Shown here: positions 52,142 through 61,294 of the stretch, piece by piece
How the letters are laid out: every line of letters starts with the position of its first letter
How positions within the stretch are numbered: position 1 is the first letter of the stretch
Assembly (NCBI GenBank): GCA_001001485.1
Contig: LCKO01000001.1
Span: 76,517 to 140,516, forward strand
Length of the DNA: 64,000 nt
Reading direction: 5' to 3'
Origin: Candidatus Collierbacteria bacterium GW2011_GWB2_45_17
GTDB lineage: Bacteria; Patescibacteriota; Microgenomatia; UBA1400; MFAQ01
Translations under genes and position numbers: made by a program
Notes under the pieces: generated by a model
Told to the model about the DNA's origin: nothing
The model's input: only the letters and a program-made list of their open reading frames with translations
The model's database searches: none

Positions 52142-52243
52142 ATGAGAAATATAAACCTAAATATTAAACTTGACCTTCCACAAATCCTTGCGGGAGGCTC
52201 TCAAGGCCTTAACTGTGCCTCGGCATTTGCGTATATTATGTAA
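52142..52243 (+). CDS. Candidate 33-aa peptide with a double-glycine-type leader
   Basis: Hand translation gives MRNINLNIKLDLPQILAGG|SQGLNCASAFAYIM. No clear Shine-Dalgarno sequence. Followed by a strong terminator and then an ABC exporter gene. Confidence 0.3.
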   Translation: MRNINLNIKLDLPQILAGGSQGLNCASAFAYIM

Positions 52244-52270
52244 TTAAATTAATTAAAATAGATTTACTCA

Positions 52271-52297
52271 AACGCCGCGGCATACGCGGCGTTTTTG
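52271..52297 (+). terminator. Rho-independent terminator
   Basis: ACGCCGCG-GCATA-CGCGGCGT followed by TTTT. Confidence 0.8.
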
Positions 52298-52327
52298 TGC
52301 GTACTTTAAAATTCTAAAGGAGGTAGT

Positions 52328-54001
52328 GTGTTTAAGAAACTTTGGTCACTTTTGGCCCCATTTCATCGTACTTTTTATGTCTTTATTCTTTTGGCATTTC
52401 TCTATGAGACGGTTCAGTTGGGTGCCAGCTACGTCATCAGTTTGGTGGTGACTCTCTTTGGGACAGGTGTCGCCCCTTGGGCCTTTGACTGGCACATCAT
52501 TTCGAAGCAAAGCCATCCCATATTCCGCCACCTAAAGCTCTCGGCCATTACCAAGTTTCTGAAGATGAACATCCCTTGGCACCACCAGCACAACTCAGGC
52601 ACTCTGGTCGGCAAGGTAGGTGATGGCGTCTGGAAAACTCTGGACATTATCGATGTCATGAGCTGGGAATTTGTGCCCACCGTGGTTCAAACCGTCATTA
52701 GCTTGATCCCGCTTTTTATCATCAGTCCCTGGGTGGCTCTGGTGGCTATCATTACCTTCGTTCTCTTTGCCTGGCTCACTCTTAAGGGGAACCGTGAAAA
52801 ACAGCCTTTTAGGTCAAAGCGACAAGATTACTACGAAGAGGAATGGAACAAGTCCATTGCTTCGGTTCAATCAGTCGAAACCAATTTGATGTTTGGTCAA
52901 CAGCCTCGCCTCTTAAACGATCAGGCAGTTATTCATAACGGCATTATCTCTGAAGCTCTCAAAGAGCACCGTTTGGGTATCTTTAAGTACAACCGTTGGC
53001 GAATTAGAGTCCTCACCATTGCCCGCAGGATCATCTTGGTTGTTTGGATCCTTCAACTGATTCAGGGCAGTCTCACAATCGCCGGCTTGATCTTCGTCAG
53101 TGTCCTGGTCGAGCGTCTATTTAATAGCTGTTGGCGTTTTGCCAGGCTCCTCGATCGTGCGGCCGAAAACAGTGAAGGAGCAGAGAGACTAGCCAATCTA
53201 CTGCTGGAACCTGAACCTATCGAAACCGGCTCCATCCAATCCGTCCCAGCAGGACCCATCGGTGTTAGTCTTTCTGACGTTTGTTTTGCCTATGAAGGAG
53301 ATTACTCAGAAGCAGATGGAGCTCTCCACGACTTTAGTCTGGAGATAGAACCAGGCCAGATCGTTGCTTTGGTCGGTCAATCCGGAGCCGGTAAAACTAC
53401 CATTCGTAAAGTCATCACCAGGCTTGCTCCTTGTCAGATGGGTACCATCACTGTTGCCGGTATCGATATCAATGATTGGAACGGTTCTCAGCTCCTGGAG
53501 CAGTTTAGTTACGTCCCCCAAGGTGACGATGTCTACATCTTCGACGAAAGCATCCGCTACAACATCGCCTTTCCTCGTCCGGAAGCTACCGAAGAAGAGG
53601 TTGAAAAAGCGGCCCACCTAGCCGGTATTCACGAGTTTGTCATTGGTCTAAAGGATGGTTATGACACTCAGGTTGGGGAGCGCGGCATTCGTCTGTCCGG
53701 TGGCCAAAAACAACGAGTGGCTCTAGCTCGCGCGGTGCTAGCCGATCGTCCGATTCTTATTCTCGACGAAGCTACCAGTTCGGTCGACGCTATTACCGAG
53801 AAAGAGATTCAAACCAACATGCGCGCTATCCTCACCGGTAAGACGGCCATCATCATCGCTCATCGCCTTTCCACGATCTGGGGACTGGCTGACAAAATTG
53901 TCGTCATGGATCAAGGAAAGAAAGTTGAAGAGGGGACACATGAAGAGCTTATAAAAAGCCACGGAATTTATGCTCAAATGGTCTCTCTCCAAACAAATTA
54001 A
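52328..54001 (+). CDS. ABC transporter, fused permease/ATPase (exporter type)
   Basis: GTG start after AAGGAGG. Walker A 'GQSGAGKTT', signature 'LSGGQKQRVALARA' and Walker B 'ILILDEATS'. There is no N-terminal C39 peptidase domain. Confidence 0.85.
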   Translation: MFKKLWSLLAPFHRTFYVFILLAFLYETVQLGASYVISLVVTLFGTGVAPWAFDWHIISKQSHPIFRHLKLSAITKFLKMNIPWHHQHNSGTLVGKVGDGVWKTLDIIDVMSWEFVPTVVQTVISLIPLFIISPWVALVAIITFVLFAWLTLKGNREKQPFRSKRQDYYEEEWNKSIASVQSVETNLMFGQQPRLLNDQAVIHNGIISEALKEHRLGIFKYNRWRIRVLTIARRIILVVWILQLIQGSLTIAGLIFVSVLVERLFNSCWRFARLLDRAAENSEGAERLANLLLEPEPIETGSIQSVPAGPIGVSLSDVCFAYEGDYSEADGALHDFSLEIEPGQIVALVGQSGAGKTTIRKVITRLAPCQMGTITVAGIDINDWNGSQLLEQFSYVPQGDDVYIFDESIRYNIAFPRPEATEEEVEKAAHLAGIHEFVIGLKDGYDTQVGERGIRLSGGQKQRVALARAVLADRPILILDEATSSVDAITEKEIQTNMRAILTGKTAIIIAHRLSTIWGLADKIVVMDQGKKVEEGTHEELIKSHGIYAQMVSLQTN

Positions 54002-54005
54002 CTCC

Positions 54006-54030
54006 AACGCCCCTTAATCGGGGCGTTTTC
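54006..54030 (+). terminator. Rho-independent terminator
   Basis: ACGCCCC-TTAATC-GGGGCGT followed by TTTTC. Confidence 0.8.
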
Positions 54031-54065
54031 TTGTCTTATTTTTCTTATTGTCCTATGATACGCGC

Positions 54066-54629
54066 ATGACAGAATTAGGGAAACAATTTCCTTATGACGC
54101 TTTAAAAGCCTCAGGGGAAACAGCAGTTCATCGCTACGGTCCTTCTTTTTCAGCCCGGATTTTAGTCGAAAGAGATTTATTGGAAGGTAATATTTTTGAT
54201 TGGGGTTGTGGTCGTGGTTACGATTTAAATTATTTCAGAAGTAAAGGTTTTTCGGCCGAAGGCTGGGACCCTGTTCATTTACCGGAAAATCCGCCAGAAA
54301 AATATTCGGCCGGTTCTTTCGACTTGGTTCACTGCGCTTTCGTTTTAAATACCCTTCCCGATTCGGAGGAAAGACTAAAAATTCTTCGAGCTATTCATGA
54401 TTTTCTCCCTGCTTCAGGAGAAATTTCCTTGACCGTTCGATCTCAAAGTAACATTAAAACTAATCTAAAACCGACCTGGAAAAGATTCGGCGATGGCTGG
54501 CTCACTCCCAAAGGAACTTTCCAAAGAGGTTACACCGCCGAAGAGCTGGTAGAAATAATAACACCACTTTTTAAAGACATAATCGTTTTCTCAAGAGATC
54601 CAGTATTTATTATCGCCTCTCCCGTCTAA
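54066..54629 (+). CDS. SAM-dependent methyltransferase
   Basis: 'IFDWGCGRGYD' and 'LVHCAFVLNTL'. Start is ATG 54066 (or TTG 54048). Confidence 0.65.
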   Translation: MTELGKQFPYDALKASGETAVHRYGPSFSARILVERDLLEGNIFDWGCGRGYDLNYFRSKGFSAEGWDPVHLPENPPEKYSAGSFDLVHCAFVLNTLPDSEERLKILRAIHDFLPASGEISLTVRSQSNIKTNLKPTWKRFGDGWLTPKGTFQRGYTAEELVEIITPLFKDIIVFSRDPVFIIASPV

Positions 54630-54673
54630 AGGATTTGTTATAATCCCAGTGAACCTTGACAAACAGGAGAAAT

Positions 54674-55816
54674 ATGTCGAAACGTAAAAGTAAAAACTCA
54701 TGGATTTACACTCTACTCGTTATCGCCTTGGTTGGCATTTATCTACTCGCTGGACCAGATCAATTTTTTATACAAGACCAACCAGTATTTAGCCCCCCAA
54801 CTCAAGAGGTAAAAGGCATCACGGCAACAGTGGCCACGGAGAAGACTTGGTACGAGGTTTACTTCACCTCTCCCAAGATTCCCTTTGACGAGGTAATTAC
54901 CGGAGGAATTGAGAACAACTTAATCGACAAAATAAACGCGGCTCAAATTTCCATCGATCTAGCGGTCTATGAGTTTGATCTGGAAAATGTTGCCCTAGCC
55001 TTAATCGCCGCCGATAACCGAGGTGTTCTGGTTCGGGTGGTTTACGACAACGAATTTTCAGACCCAGATCCTCAAATGCAGGAACTAAAACAAGCGGGGA
55101 TTCAGACCATTCCGGACGAACGCTCCGCTTTTATGCACAATAAATTTTTCGTTTTTGATAACCGGTGTGTCTGGACCGGTTCATTCAATCTCAGCCTTAA
55201 TGCCGCTTACCGCAACAACGAAAACGCCCTGTACTTTTGTTCGACCGAAGCCGCTCAGAACTACACGACGGAATTTGAAGAAATGTTCGCTGGTCAATTT
55301 GGGGTTACTTCGCCATCAGACACCCCTTTTCCAAACTTCACCATTGGGGAGTTTGCTATCGAAAGCTATTTCGCCCCTGAGGACGAAGTCATGAATCAAG
55401 TTGTTTCGGAAGTGCTGAGTTCCAACACATCTATTCATTTTATGGCCTTTTCTTTCACGAATGATCCACTGGGAGAAGCCATGCGTAGTATGTTGGAGCA
55501 GGGGATTGATATTTCTGGAATCTTCGAAACTAGAGGCGCCGATAGCCAATACTCAGAGTGTTTGCCCCTTCTCAAGTCTGGGGCCGATATCACTCTAGAC
55601 GGAAACCCTCGAACCTTTCACCATAAAGTCATCGTCATTGATGGTCAGACGGTCATTCTTGGTTCGTTTAACTTTAGCGCAAGTGCCGATGAGGAAAATG
55701 ATGAAAATTTACTCATCATTCACGATCCTGCTCTTGCCCAAGTCTACGAGCAAGAGTTTCAGCGCATGAAGGCACAGTCTCTTCTACCGGTAAATGGCAC
55801 CTGCAAAACCAAATGA
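54674..55816 (+). CDS. Phospholipase D-family protein (two HKD motifs), membrane-anchored
   Basis: 'FMHNKFFVFDNRCVWTGSFN' and 'FHHKVIVIDGQTVILGSFN', with an N-terminal TM helix. Confidence 0.8.
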   Translation: MSKRKSKNSWIYTLLVIALVGIYLLAGPDQFFIQDQPVFSPPTQEVKGITATVATEKTWYEVYFTSPKIPFDEVITGGIENNLIDKINAAQISIDLAVYEFDLENVALALIAADNRGVLVRVVYDNEFSDPDPQMQELKQAGIQTIPDERSAFMHNKFFVFDNRCVWTGSFNLSLNAAYRNNENALYFCSTEAAQNYTTEFEEMFAGQFGVTSPSDTPFPNFTIGEFAIESYFAPEDEVMNQVVSEVLSSNTSIHFMAFSFTNDPLGEAMRSMLEQGIDISGIFETRGADSQYSECLPLLKSGADITLDGNPRTFHHKVIVIDGQTVILGSFNFSASADEENDENLLIIHDPALAQVYEQEFQRMKAQSLLPVNGTCKTK

Positions 55817-55823
55817 CCCATTC

Positions 55824-55848
55824 GTCCCGCTACCAAGCGGGGCTTTTT
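55824..55848 (+). terminator. Rho-independent terminator
   Basis: GTCCCGC-TACCAA-GCGGGGC followed by TTTTT. Confidence 0.75.
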
Positions 55849-55903
55849 CAATTCACTAAACTGCCACTATACAAATAATACAACTAGTTGTAACATATGA
55901 ATA

Positions 55904-56086
55904 ATGACAACTACATCTACATCAGCTAAGAACACTCAGCGGGTAACCTTATTTATCAAGCCGGAAATTCTCAAACATTCCCGTGCCCAAGCAATTGTGG
56001 AAGATATCACTCTCACCAAACTAGTTACAAACGCTTTGATTGCTTATTTACCTGTTGTTACGGTTATTAAAAAAGCAGAGTTATAA
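55904..56086 (+). CDS. Small ribbon-helix-helix-like protein
   Basis: 'QRVTLFIKPEILKHSRAQAIVEDITLTKLVTNALIAYL' has a beta-alpha-alpha pattern. Confidence 0.4.
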   Translation: MTTTSTSAKNTQRVTLFIKPEILKHSRAQAIVEDITLTKLVTNALIAYLPVVTVIKKAEL

Positions 56087-56098
56087 ATAATAAAAAAT

Positions 56099-56446
56099 AT
56101 GACAAACTTAGTCTCCGAAACAAAAGTTGAAGCTTCAAATACCCAAACCGCCGAGTATTTGATTTATTACGTTCTTGGTACACTCGAGATTCTTTTGGCT
56201 TTTCGCCTTCTTTTAAAACTTGCCGGAGCCAGTCTGTCTAGTGGTTTCGTCAGAATGATATATGGTTTGACCAGTATTTTCGTTTGGCCATTTGAGGGAA
56301 TTTTTCGCAAAGGTTTTGCTCAAGGTGTAGAGACCACCTCAGTCCTGGAGCCCGCCACCATCGTCGCTCTTATCGTCTACGCCATTTTGGCCTGGGGGAT
56401 CGTCAAGCTGGTCCGCATATCATCCGGAGAGAAACAAATTAATTAA
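56099..56446 (+). CDS. YggT family membrane protein
   Basis: 'YLIYYVLGTLEILLAFRLLLKLAGAS..SGFVRMIYGLTSIFVWPFEGIF'. Confidence 0.65.
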   Translation: MTNLVSETKVEASNTQTAEYLIYYVLGTLEILLAFRLLLKLAGASLSSGFVRMIYGLTSIFVWPFEGIFRKGFAQGVETTSVLEPATIVALIVYAILAWGIVKLVRISSGEKQIN

Positions 56447-56463
56447 TAAAAATATAAAAAAAT

Positions 56464-56715
56464 ATGGGAATAATACTTTGGATAATTTTTGGAGCTATCG
56501 CAGGATGGCTTGCTTCAATGCTAATGGATACAAATTCCAGTCAGGGCACTACAGGTGACATCATCATGGGCATCGTCGGTTCAGTTGTTGGCGGATTTAT
56601 TATGAATCTAATTGGTAAGTCTGGGGTAAACGGTTTTAACCTCTATAGTATGTTTGTCGCTGTAGTTGGTGCGATTATAGTTATCTACATCGGACGAAAG
56701 CTCAGAAAGGCGTAA
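56464..56715 (+). CDS. GlsB/YeaQ/YmgE (transglycosylase-associated) family membrane protein
   Basis: 'IILWIIFGAIAGWLASMLM' and 'GIVGSVVGGFI'. Confidence 0.75.
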   Translation: MGIILWIIFGAIAGWLASMLMDTNSSQGTTGDIIMGIVGSVVGGFIMNLIGKSGVNGFNLYSMFVAVVGAIIVIYIGRKLRKA

Positions 56716-56726
56716 ATCCTAATCTA

Positions 56727-57068
56727 ATGCTCAACTTAATTTTTTTACTTTTGATGGGCTCCGCGTTAGCTTATATTTCCAAATTTAACCTGGCACCCAT
56801 ATCGGTCAATCTTGGTTATTATGTTATTTCTAATGTTCCTCTCTTTTATGTCATTGTAGGATCACTCCTGATTGGTTTAGTGATTTCTTTTCTCATGCAA
56901 CTTTTGAAAAACATATCCAATGCCTTTATCTTAAGAAGTAAAAAGAAGGAAATAAAAACTAGCCAAGAAGAAATTCTAGAGCTTACCAAACGGGTACACC
57001 AACTTGAGCTAGAAAACGAAAAACTCAAGCACACCGATGCCGAGATTTCTGACCCCAATGCTTTATGA
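56727..57068 (+). CDS. LapA/DUF1049-like membrane protein with coiled-coil tail
   Basis: Two TM helices and then 'EILELTKRVHQLELENEKLK'. Confidence 0.5.
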   Translation: MLNLIFLLLMGSALAYISKFNLAPISVNLGYYVISNVPLFYVIVGSLLIGLVISFLMQLLKNISNAFILRSKKKEIKTSQEEILELTKRVHQLELENEKLKHTDAEISDPNAL

Positions 57069-57562
57069 AATCTCTCTTTGCCAGGCTTTGGAAAGTTCTC
57101 AATTTTTCAAAAAAGATACAGATAGCAATTATGCATCTGTTCCAAGACAAATTTCTGGTTGGGGTAACCGGAATTATTTTTAACGATCAGAACGAAGTTC
57201 TCCTTTTTAAACATCTCTATCGCGCACACGCTTGGAGCTTACCCGGGGGATATTTGAAGGGTGGAGAACACCCCAAGGAGGGATTAGAGAGAGAAATAAA
57301 AGAAGAGTCGGGTTTGGTTGTCAGTGCCGACTCACCTCTCAAAACCCGCACCGACAGAGATGCGGCCAGACTTGACATGTGTTACACCGGGATCTTAATT
57401 GGCGGCGAGTTCACACCTTCTCACGAAGTGTCTGAGTTTGGTTTTTTTGCCCAAGATAAATTACCTCTTTTACGTAGCAACCAAGTTTTCCTTATCGACA
57501 CCGCTCTCCAAGAGCGCCGTCCAAAATTTATCTCCCATGAACTACTCTCAAATATCGAATGA
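57065..57562 (+). CDS. NUDIX hydrolase
   Basis: Nudix box 'GGYLKGGEHPKEGLEREIKEESGL'. Confidence 0.85.
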   Translation: MKSLFARLWKVLNFSKKIQIAIMHLFQDKFLVGVTGIIFNDQNEVLLFKHLYRAHAWSLPGGYLKGGEHPKEGLEREIKEESGLVVSADSPLKTRTDRDAARLDMCYTGILIGGEFTPSHEVSEFGFFAQDKLPLLRSNQVFLIDTALQERRPKFISHELLSNIE

Positions 57563-58581
57563 ATTTTCATCCAAATTTTTCGAGTTAGTTGAAAAGGCAA
57601 ACAAGATTGTAATCACCGCCCACGAATCTCCAGATGATGACTCCATAGGATCGGTACTGTCTATTTATGAGATTCTTATCACTAAATATCCAAGGAAAAA
57701 TATAAGAATCATCTATTCCAGCGAACCGGAACCTAGATTCAGCGTCTTCAAAAACTACAGCAAAATTGAGTTCGTCCCAGATTTAGCCGATGAAATTGGG
57801 AATACAGATTTGCTAGTTGTACTCGATGGAAGTCAATTTAGTCGATTTTCGAAGCAGCCCGAAAAACTAAAGATAATTCCCAAAAATATCTGTATTGATC
57901 ACCACGCATCACCAATTAATGAATTTTCATTGAGTCTGGTATCTCCAGACTATCCCTCTTGCACAGAAATAATTTATCTTGCTTTATGTCGCGACTTTGT
58001 AGTTAGTAGAGAACTTGCCGAAATTTTTCTTTTGGGAATACTTGGAGATACGGGTAACTTTACTTATTTAAAGCCTCATCAGACCGAAACACTAGCAACA
58101 GCCAAAAAGTTACTAGAGATTAGTAAAATCGAAATTCAAGAATTCCAGTCCAGATATAGAACAATCTCCAAGCGATCATTTGCCGTTATACAAGAGTTAA
58201 TGAAGAACACTTGTTATTTCTTCCGTGATTGGTTGGCCTGATTTTCAATATACTTATATCGAGAGGAAATTTGCGGAAGATGATAAATATACGGATAGTG
58301 AAATTAGTGAGGGGAATCACCTCTACATGTCAAACTATTTAAGAATGATTGAAGGACATACTTGGGGTTTTGTAATAACACCAAAAAATAACGGTGAATG
58401 TGGTATATCTGGAAGATCGTTACCAAAGAGTGTTAGTATAAGAGATTTAATGGAAAGAATGAAAATCGGAGGGGGACATGATAGGGCGGCTGGAGGAACG
58501 TTTAAAAACGAGAAAGATGTAAAAAACTGTATCAATGAAGTCATAGAATGGACCAAAAATAATAAACCTATAATACTATAA
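57537..58581 (+). pseudogene. DHH/DHHA1 phosphoesterase (NrnA-like) split by a +1 frame change near 58225-58241
   Basis: The DHH half ('ITAHESPDDDSIGS', 'CIDHHAS') ends at the stop at 58241. The DHHA1 half ('GGGHDRAAGG') continues in the next frame from about 58225. This could be a real frameshift or an assembly error. Confidence 0.6.
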
Positions 58582-58687
58582 GTTTTGCTTTGAGGCTTAT
58601 GCCTCTGCGAAATCTCGTGTACCCCAACGGGAGCTCTGCGCGGCCTGTCCCTGTACTTCTGGAGCCACACTCGGCTCCCGCCCTTAT

Positions 58688-58755
58688 CGTCATTGCGAGT
58701 TTCGGTACTCCGAACCGTAGCTCTCCTAGATACCCTTGCGGGTAAATCTCACTCC
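58688..58755 (+). repeat. R1 hairpin repeat, long variant
   Basis: CGTCATTGCGAG...GTAGCTCTCCTAGATACCCTTGCGGGTAAATCTCACTCC. Its 3' part matches 1127-1165. Confidence 0.8.
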
Positions 58756-58780
58756 ACCCTGTCATTCAGGGCTTGACATA

Positions 58781-58808
58781 TCGGTCAAAGTGCCTGCTTC
58801 GCAGGCAC
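58781..58808 (+). repeat. R2 module, partial copy (second hairpin only)
   Basis: TCGGTCAAAGTGCCTGCTTCGCAGGCAC. Confidence 0.7.
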
Positions 58809-58822
58809 AAAAGTGGAAACTA

Positions 58823-58851
58823 TTGACAAGTTATCCATATGGGAGTATATT
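58823..58851 (+). promoter_or_regulatory. Putative sigma70-type promoter of the nucleotide-modification-like operon
   Basis: TTGACA (58823-58828), a 17-nt spacer, then TATATT (58846-58851); about 29 nt upstream of the ATG at 58880. Confidence 0.5.
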
Positions 58852-58858
58852 CCCATCT

Positions 58859-58876
58859 ATTGCGCCATGGCGCAAT
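58859..58876. promoter_or_regulatory. 18-bp perfect palindrome between the -10 box and the start codon (operator or 5'-UTR hairpin)
   Basis: ATTGCGCCA|TGGCGCAAT. Confidence 0.45.
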
Positions 58877-58879
58877 GCT

Positions 58880-59461
58880 ATGAACAAATTAATTTTTGCG
58901 ACGGGGAACCGGGCAAAGTTATTAGACGCTTCAAAAGCTCTATCTGAATTAGGGATAGAAATTATTGGGCAAAAAATAGAAATAGAGGAGATTCAAAGTT
59001 TAGATCAGGAAGAAATTATTATGAAAAAGGCCAAAAAAGCCTTTGAGATGGTCAACTTACCTCTTTTTGTAGACGACACGGGTTTTTATCTAGATTCGTA
59101 TCCACAGTTTCCAGGAACTCTCACCAAATACGTAAATAAGACTTTGGGAATAAATGGTCTTTCAAAGCTTTTTGAGGAGGGTCAGACAGCCCATTTCAAA
59201 ACCCTTCTTTGCTTGATAACTTCTGACACAGTAGTTATTGCTGAGGGGAAACTATCAGGTAAACTCACAAAAAAGATGTCTTCCAACTTCAATCCCGATA
59301 CTCCCATAAATAGTATTTTTGTTCCCGAAGGATACAACAAACCACTAATAGATCTCATCGAGAATTCCAACATAGGTAACCTCCATCGTACAAGGGCATT
59401 CGTCGATTTGGGTACAAAAATCAAAACATTACAAATTAATTTAATAAATGACTCCATCTGA
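58880..59461 (+). CDS. rdgB: HAM1/RdgB-family non-canonical NTP pyrophosphatase
   Basis: 'LIFATGNRAKLLDASKAL', 'IEEIQS' and 'LFVDDTGFYLDSYPQFPGTLTKY'. The ATG at 58880 follows the promoter; the 58736 start in the ORF track runs through repeats. Confidence 0.8.
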   Translation: MNKLIFATGNRAKLLDASKALSELGIEIIGQKIEIEEIQSLDQEEIIMKKAKKAFEMVNLPLFVDDTGFYLDSYPQFPGTLTKYVNKTLGINGLSKLFEEGQTAHFKTLLCLITSDTVVIAEGKLSGKLTKKMSSNFNPDTPINSIFVPEGYNKPLIDLIENSNIGNLHRTRAFVDLGTKIKTLQINLINDSI

Positions 59462-60224
59462 AAAAGTTCTTAAAGACAACAGAGGCTATGTTAGTCAGTA
59501 TCCAAAAAACAAAAAGGTTGTCATGATTGTCTCTGGCGGTCTTGACTCAATAGCGACATCGGCAAGGCTAATGGAAGAATTTGATCTGGAAATCTTTCCT
59601 CTACATATACACAGGGGACAAACTAACACAAATGCTGAAAATAATGCTGTCAATTTTTTTACTGATTATTTTCAAAACAGGTATGGTAAAAATAAATTCC
59701 ATACTCCTCAGATGATATCTGTCAACGTGCCTCCTGTAGAATTTAAAAAGGATTTATTACCCTACACAAAGGTAAAAGGACATCCAATGAGAGATCCCAT
59801 AATGCACCTATTGGGAGTCGAATACGCCGTTGCAGTATCTCAGGCATCAGATGAGCCAGTAAAAACAATCTATTGTGCTATTGTTCCAGAAGATTATTTT
59901 CCTCATAGCTCTTTAGATGGTTTAAGAGCCAATACGGTGAATACCTGTATCAATATGGGTGATTGGGACTGGCAAATTTCTTCACCCAACATAGATCCTT
60001 TTCTCTCTACTCCATTTGGCAAAAAAGAAGAAATCGCCTGGTGTATGGAAAGACAGATTTCGATAGGAAAAACGATTTCTTGTAACGAAGCTAGCGAAAA
60101 AACAAACCACCTTGCTTGTGGATTATGTAAATCTTGTTTCAGAAGACATACTGCTTTCACCAATCTTGGGTTTGAAGACCCTACAGAATATTATGAAAAA
60201 CCCCACTTTGAACAATTCATCTAA
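59448..60224 (+). CDS. QueC-like PP-loop ATPase, paralog 1
   Basis: 'VVMIVSGGLDSIATS' and a C-terminal Cys cluster 'SCNE...ACGLCKSCFRRHTAF'. 'FPHSSL' replaces QueC's 'YPDCR'. Overlaps rdgB by 14 nt. Confidence 0.7.
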   Translation: MTPSEKVLKDNRGYVSQYPKNKKVVMIVSGGLDSIATSARLMEEFDLEIFPLHIHRGQTNTNAENNAVNFFTDYFQNRYGKNKFHTPQMISVNVPPVEFKKDLLPYTKVKGHPMRDPIMHLLGVEYAVAVSQASDEPVKTIYCAIVPEDYFPHSSLDGLRANTVNTCINMGDWDWQISSPNIDPFLSTPFGKKEEIAWCMERQISIGKTISCNEASEKTNHLACGLCKSCFRRHTAFTNLGFEDPTEYYEKPHFEQFI

Positions 60225-61266
60225 AACATACTTAGAAGAAAAAAGGGGTTCTTCAAAAATTTCACCTTCCAAAGAAGGAAAAATTAGATTTGATTTAGCT
60301 GAGGGTCTCTGGGAAAAATCTGACTTGGCATCCCTACCTGACAGAACATCTTCAAAACTAAAAGATAAATTATCTAATTTTTTAAACCTCGATAGCTCTA
60401 ACTTATCGATTCATGCTGGAGCGGATGAAATAATCGAAATAATTCCCAGAATGTATCTAGATCGTGATGACAGGGTTATTGTTATCGTTCCCACTTTCGA
60501 TAGATTGCTTGCGACAAATAAAAAAGTAGGGGCAGAAGTAATTAACTTTGAACTCTCAGCTACCAAGAATTTTCGCTTTGAAGATGAAGAATACCAAAAT
60601 CTTGAAGTTGCGATAAAAAGCAAGAAACCAAAGATTATCTGGATGTGTACTCCGAATAACCCCACAGGACAGATAATTGATCTCCAGTTTATTGATAAGA
60701 TCGCAGGTGAATCCCCCGACATTTTGATAGTGGTTGATGAGGCGTATCAGGAATATAGTAGTTTGAATCCGAAAGAGTCGGCAGTAAGTTTGCTAAGTAA
60801 ACATAATAACTTACTTGTAATAAGATCTTTTTCCAAAGCGTTTGCTCTTGCAGGTGCAAGGGTGGGTTGTGCGATCTCAAACCCTGAAATGATTTCAAAA
60901 ATTGAAAACTTCAGAACCATGTTTAATGTGTCGACTTCAGCCCAAAGAATGGGAATAAAATCATTAACTCAATCAAAGATAAATTATGTGGAGGATAAAA
61001 TTTCAAAGATACATAATCAAATGATTAGGTTTGTTTCAAAGATCAAGTCTTTATCAAATTATGAACTAATAGAAGACTCAAAGACAAATTTCATCTTTAT
61101 TAGACACAAATCCAAAGATCTTTTTGAGGAGCTATACAAAAGAGGACTTGCTGTAAGTGACTGGAGATTTGCTCCTGGAGTTATTGGGAAAGGTTATGTG
61201 AGGATTTCGATTAACACGCCATCATTGAATACAAAGATATTAGATATCTTAGAAAAAATTAATTAG
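60193..61266 (+). CDS. Fold-type I PLP enzyme, HisC/CobD-like aminotransferase or decarboxylase
   Basis: 'CTPNNPTGQ', 'VVDEAYQEY' and 'SFSKAFALAGARVGC' (PLP lysine context). The start at ATG 60193 is tentative. Confidence 0.75.
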   Translation: MKNPTLNNSSKTYLEEKRGSSKISPSKEGKIRFDLAEGLWEKSDLASLPDRTSSKLKDKLSNFLNLDSSNLSIHAGADEIIEIIPRMYLDRDDRVIVIVPTFDRLLATNKKVGAEVINFELSATKNFRFEDEEYQNLEVAIKSKKPKIIWMCTPNNPTGQIIDLQFIDKIAGESPDILIVVDEAYQEYSSLNPKESAVSLLSKHNNLLVIRSFSKAFALAGARVGCAISNPEMISKIENFRTMFNVSTSAQRMGIKSLTQSKINYVEDKISKIHNQMIRFVSKIKSLSNYELIEDSKTNFIFIRHKSKDLFEELYKRGLAVSDWRFAPGVIGKGYVRISINTPSLNTKILDILEKIN

Positions 61267-61294
61267 CATCTTTTAAAAATTATTAACAAAAATA

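Noticed and set aside
58590-58879. ORF 58736..59461 N-terminal extension, and ORFs 58335..58670 and 58568..58765 (-)
   Set aside because: They traverse the R1/R2 hairpin cluster and the predicted promoter. The HAM1 domain begins at the ATG at 58880.
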